Positions 13,717 to 16,304 of a stretch of DNA of 16,304 bases are shown one piece after another (positions within the stretch are counted from its first letter, which is position 1; each line of letters opens with the position of its first letter). The stretch is from the UHGV virus genome UHGV-0193351, one strand, 5' to 3'. Position numbers and translations under genes: made by a program. Source of the stretch: a virus. The notes under the pieces are model-generated. The model ran no database searches, was not told the DNA's origin, and was given only the letters and a program-made list of their open reading frames with translations.

Positions 13717-13737
13717 TGTAACGCTCGCAGCGTTACA
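13717..13737. repeat. palindrome TGTAACGC-TCGCA-GCGTTACA (copy 3 of 3), 13 nt upstream of the replication gene start
   Basis: Perfect 8-5-8 palindrome in the 77-bp intergenic region, next to the AAGGTG Shine-Dalgarno of the replication gene. Confidence 0.6.
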
Positions 13738-13781
13738 TTTAACTGATACCGAACAAAACAGTCCGGCACGATTAATTTCAA

Positions 13782-14204
13782 TCAATGCACTACGACAGAA
13801 TCGCCGGGCGATCCTCCGCCGCTGAAATGTGCTTTCCGGTAAACGGCCTGGACTGCATCATCATGCGCATCAATTGCCGTACTCAACGCTTCCTGCGCCG
13901 CCAGTAATGCACGGCGTTCCAGGGTATCGAAGATGCAGAGTCGGTGACGCAGCTCGCGCGGAAGAATTGCCAGAACCGCAGGGATCAGTTTCTGAATTTT
14001 TTCCCTTTGCGCTTTCGTTTCACCTTTCAACCAACGGTGATAGATATTCTGCTGATTGTTCCAGTCCTTGCCTGGTACCAGGGGCAATTCGCCGCCCCCC
14101 TGGCGCAGATATTCTTCAGTAATTGCGTTAGCGACCCACGCCTGCCCTTTTTCGGCTGCCAGGGCTAACAACACTGATTCGATGTGCTCATGCCTGATTT
14201 TCAT
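13782..14204 (-). CDS. YdaT-like protein (proposed CII-equivalent regulator of Rac/CP-933P-type prophages)
   Basis: 140-aa ORF directly downstream of, and overlapping by 4 nt, the Cro-like gene, the arrangement of ydaS-ydaT in Rac-type prophages. Size fits. Assignment is positional and from memory. Confidence 0.5.
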   Translation of the reverse strand: MKIRHEHIESVLLALAAEKGQAWVANAITEEYLRQGGGELPLVPGKDWNNQQNIYHRWLKGETKAQREKIQKLIPAVLAILPRELRHRLCIFDTLERRALLAAQEALSTAIDAHDDAVQAVYRKAHFSGGGSPGDSVVVH

Positions 14205-14443
14205 GAATCAACCGCTCCTATGCTGTTTTCGCTATGCTTACCGTCTGGGGGGAATACATCGTCAAGTCCACAATGAGCGCCAAGCCGATTAAGGGTAGAA
14301 ACAATTTTTCTGCACTCCTCTAGCCCAGGGGTACGAAAATTTGCTTCGTAATTTGCCAGTCGGCTTTGTATCCACCCTAACTGAACAGCAAGTTGTCTTT
14401 GAGACAGCCCAAGCTGTTTTCGATATGTTGAAATTTTGTTCAT
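14201..14443 (-). CDS. Cro-like XRE-family HTH regulator (early rightward operon, first gene)
   Basis: 80 aa with HTH (RKQLGLSQRQLAVQLGWIQSRLANYE), transcribed divergently from the CI-type repressor gene. ATG at 14441-14443. Confidence 0.75.
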   Translation of the reverse strand: MNKISTYRKQLGLSQRQLAVQLGWIQSRLANYEANFRTPGLEECRKIVSTLNRLGAHCGLDDVFPPDGKHSENSIGAVDS

Positions 14444-14539
14444 TGAAAACCTCCGATGACAATTTTAAACACATCTTGTGTTATATGGTCAAGCTGTTTT
14501 GTGTTTTATGTAAATCACGATTCGTGATACAAGGATGCA
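14444..14539. promoter_or_regulatory. immunity-switch intergenic region with divergent promoters and candidate operators
   Basis: 96-bp AT-rich spacer between divergent HTH genes. Contains palindromes ACACA-TCT-TGTGT (about 14469-14481) and ATCACGA-T-TCGTGAT (about 14513-14527) and repeated TGTGTT motifs. Coordinates approximate. Confidence 0.5.
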
Positions 14540-14959
14540 ATGGAAAAAGAAAACGAAAAAATTGCCGCTAGTAGGCTCAATGACAAAATTGCAATGCGTC
14601 TTAAAGAGCGCAGGCAGAAGCTTGGTTTATCTCAAGGAAAACTTGCTGAAATCTGCGGATGGACGCAATCGCGTATAGGTAACTATGAGGCGGGCAGCAG
14701 AAATGTTGGAGTGCATGACGCTGTCGTATTGGGAAAGGCACTTGGCATATCTCCTCCTGAGCTCCTCTTTGGAGAACAGGAATCTTCTGAATTGTGGTTA
14801 AATGAATCCCAACGAAAACTTCTTGAGTTGTTTAACCAGCTACCGGGCTCAGAACAACAACGAATGATTGAGCTATTTGAAGTCCGGCTAAAAGAAATCG
14901 ATGAGTATGTAGAAAAATATTTGAGAGGCAGGCTTAAAGATAATCCCCCACCGGAGTAA
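14540..14959 (+). CDS. CI-type prophage repressor (DicA/RacR-like, XRE HTH plus C-terminal dimerisation helix)
   Basis: 139 aa; HTH (RRQKLGLSQGKLAEICGWTQSRIGNYEAG) and C-terminal LLELFNQLPGSEQQ segment resembling the DicA C-terminus (LLELFNALPESEQ). Divergent from the Cro-like gene. Confidence 0.8.
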   Translation: MEKENEKIAASRLNDKIAMRLKERRQKLGLSQGKLAEICGWTQSRIGNYEAGSRNVGVHDAVVLGKALGISPPELLFGEQESSELWLNESQRKLLELFNQLPGSEQQRMIELFEVRLKEIDEYVEKYLRGRLKDNPPPE

Positions 14960-14989
14960 TGATCTTGCTATCACAGTAATATGCCAATC

Positions 14990-15013
14990 AGCCCGCTATC
15001 AGCGGGCTTTTTT
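14990..15013 (+). terminator. rho-independent terminator after the repressor gene
   Basis: AGCCCGCT-atc-AGCGGGCT hairpin followed by TTTTTT, about 30 nt after the repressor stop. Confidence 0.7.
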
Positions 15014-15055
15014 GTACCATCATGATATGACACCCACCACAAAACACATTTCGTG

Positions 15056-15084
15056 TTGACATAAGAAAACGCATTGTGTTTAAT
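15056..15084 (+). promoter_or_regulatory. sigma70-type promoter TTGACA-N17-TTTAAT for the ydfA-like/DicF operon, overlapped by a palindrome
   Basis: Consensus -35 TTGACA at 15056-15061, 17-nt spacer, -10 TTTAAT at 15079-15084. Inverted repeat AACAC-ATTTC-GTGTT overlaps the -35 and shares the TGTGTT motif with the immunity intergenic region. Confidence 0.5.
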
Positions 15085-15264
15085 AAGCATATCCAAACAA
15101 CGCCCCACCAGAGAACGGCAGGACAATACCTCGAGTTATCCAGCCACTGAACAGGGCTAAGTAGCCAGCCTGAGGCATACGAACATGACGGCAGTTGTTG
15201 ATTGATACAAAGCGCAGTAGATAAAACGTTCCGCCACCCGGCGTTAAGGGGAAATGAGGTCAAC

Positions 15265-15417
15265 ATGGATACTATCGATCTTGGCAACAACGAATCTCTG
15301 GTATGTGGCGTGTTTCCCAATCAGGACGGCACGTTTACCGCGATGACGTATACCAGAAGCAAAACGTTTCAAACTGAAGCTGGCGCGCGTCGCTGGTTAA
15401 CCAGAAACACTGACTGA
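15265..15417 (+). CDS. YdfA-like small protein (DUF1391-type), first gene of the DicF-containing operon
   Basis: Start placed at ATG 15265-15267 with GAGGT Shine-Dalgarno 5 nt upstream. Product MDTIDLGNNESLVCGVFPNQDGTFTAMTYTRSKTFQTEAGARRWLTRNTD resembles K-12 Qin YdfA as I recall it. The track ORF (15202-15417) is an upstream extension. Confidence 0.6.
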   Translation: MDTIDLGNNESLVCGVFPNQDGTFTAMTYTRSKTFQTEAGARRWLTRNTD

Positions 15418-15803
15418 TGAGGTTGACGATGGAATTTAAAGATTTACCAGTACCATTCCAGGAAATGGCATCGAATGTGGTTCGCTCTCAACTGGCGACT
15501 CTTGACCTGAGTACCGTAGAAAAAGAAACCATCGATACTATATCCGGTAACGTGCGTCGTGCCTTTATCGGTCTGTACGAAGAGAAGCAGCTCTCTGATA
15601 ACCAGGATTTACATGAAAAATACTTCCTGGAATTAATGGACATCCTTAATAAAGGATTTGGCTTGTTAATGAAAAAGAAAGGGATTCGAATAGCTCCCCT
15701 TGAAAATCATTTTACAGCAAGCAGTATTAATTCCTGTGATTTAAAGCATCACACATCCGATGGGAAAGTTGAATCAAACAACAAAATATCAATTAATCAT
15801 TAA
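15417..15803 (+). CDS. hypothetical protein of the ydfA-DicF operon
   Basis: 128-aa ORF; the more likely start is the second ATG (MEFKDLP..., near 15429) with GAGGT 6 nt upstream. C-terminal third is AT-rich and low-complexity. No family assigned. Confidence 0.5.
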   Translation: MRLTMEFKDLPVPFQEMASNVVRSQLATLDLSTVEKETIDTISGNVRRAFIGLYEEKQLSDNQDLHEKYFLELMDILNKGFGLLMKKKGIRIAPLENHFTASSINSCDLKHHTSDGKVESNNKISINH

Positions 15804-16105
15804 TTTATTCACAGGTGAGGTAGAGTGCGTGCGCCGGACACGGATAAGAATCCGGCACTGACAGTTTACTGAAAAGGATATATCCCTGAAAAGTCAGGGC
15901 ATAACGCGAAAGCGCACGGCGAAGTTCGTCTCTCTGTAGGTAGTCGTTAAATTTAATTCGACCGTGCGCTTCCGGTTGTGGCAATCCGCGAAATGGCGCG
16001 GCGGTAAGTATGGCGGGGTTATTCCTTCCCCGCTGAGGACACCGGGTTGTCAGGTTGACCATACGCTTAAGTGACAACCCCGCTGCAACGCCCTCTGTTA
16101 TCAAT

Positions 16106-16163
16106 TTTCTGGTGACGTTTGGCGGTATCAGTTTTACTCCGTGACTGCTCTGCCGCCCTTTTT
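16106..16163 (+). ncRNA. dicF: DicF small RNA (cell-division inhibitor sRNA that targets ftsZ mRNA)
   Basis: Sequence TTTCTGGTGACGTTTGGCGGTATCAGTTTTACTCCGTGACTGCTCTGCCGCCCTTTTT matches the K-12 DicF RNA as I recall it, ending in a GGCGG...CCGCC hairpin plus T5. Lies downstream of ydfA-like genes as in Qin. Ends approximate. Confidence 0.7.
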
Positions 16164-16304
16164 AAAGTGAATTTTGTGATGCGGTGAATGCGGCTAAGCG
16201 CACGCGGAACAGTTAAAACCAAAAACAGTGTTATGGGTGGATTCTCTGTATCCGGCGTTAATTGTTAACTGGTTAACGTCACCTGGAGGCACCAGGCACC
16301 GCAT

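Noticed and set aside
13829-14571. Plus- and minus-strand ORFs overlapping the YdaT-like and Cro-like genes and the switch region (13829-14122, 13944-14168, 14056-14292, 14289-14474, 14341-14571)
   Set aside because: Conflict with the divergent HTH gene pair, which has the expected immunity-region architecture.
14988-15320. 110-aa minus-strand ORF across the terminator, promoter and ydfA-like start
   Set aside because: Overlaps a terminator hairpin and a consensus promoter; antisense to the ydfA-like gene.
15805-16104. 99-aa minus-strand ORF just upstream of DicF
   Set aside because: Lies antisense within the operon that yields the DicF precursor; GC-rich with an Arg/Pro-rich product and no start signals; the region is more plausibly the non-coding DicF precursor.
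1-16304. CRISPR arrays, integrase, transposase/IS elements, att sites
   Set aside because: No regularly spaced direct repeats with unique spacers, no recombinase or transposase signatures and no terminal inverted repeats were seen; the window appears internal to the prophage.

Overview
The window is the central part of a lambdoid prophage of the Escherichia/Shigella type, mosaic between Qin-, Rac-, 21- and 933W-like modules, with almost every gene on the minus strand. Reading high to low coordinates (the direction of transcription): a DicF sRNA and ydfA-like operon on the plus strand; a divergent CI-type repressor / Cro-like immunity switch; a YdaT-like gene; a replication initiator and DnaC-like helicase loader; a chain of small translationally coupled nin-region ORFs; a Hok toxin; an AT-rich, terminator-bracketed two-gene cassette (unknown 204-aa protein plus fused XRE-HTH/ImmA-IrrE metallopeptidase); a small rem-like ORF and a DUF968 protein; RusA; a Q-type antiterminator with a tR'-like terminator; three tRNAs (Ile-CAU, Arg-UCG, Arg-UCU); a pinholin / SAR-endolysin / Rz-Rz1 lysis cassette with one extra gene; an AT-rich orphan gene; and an HNH endonuclease beside a GC-rich structured element that may be the cos/packaging junction. 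The strongest candidate for an undescribed system is the two-gene cassette at 6291-8047, which looks like a horizontally acquired toxin-antitoxin or abortive-infection module. No CRISPR array, integrase, transposase or Shiga-toxin gene is present. All calls rest on reading the sequence and on recalled family signatures; no database search was run. The ORF track accepts GTG/TTG starts, so several starts were re-placed by hand. Hand-located coordinates may be off by 1-2 nt, and around 14520-14585 my reading of the raw text disagrees with the track by one base, so small motifs there are approximate.
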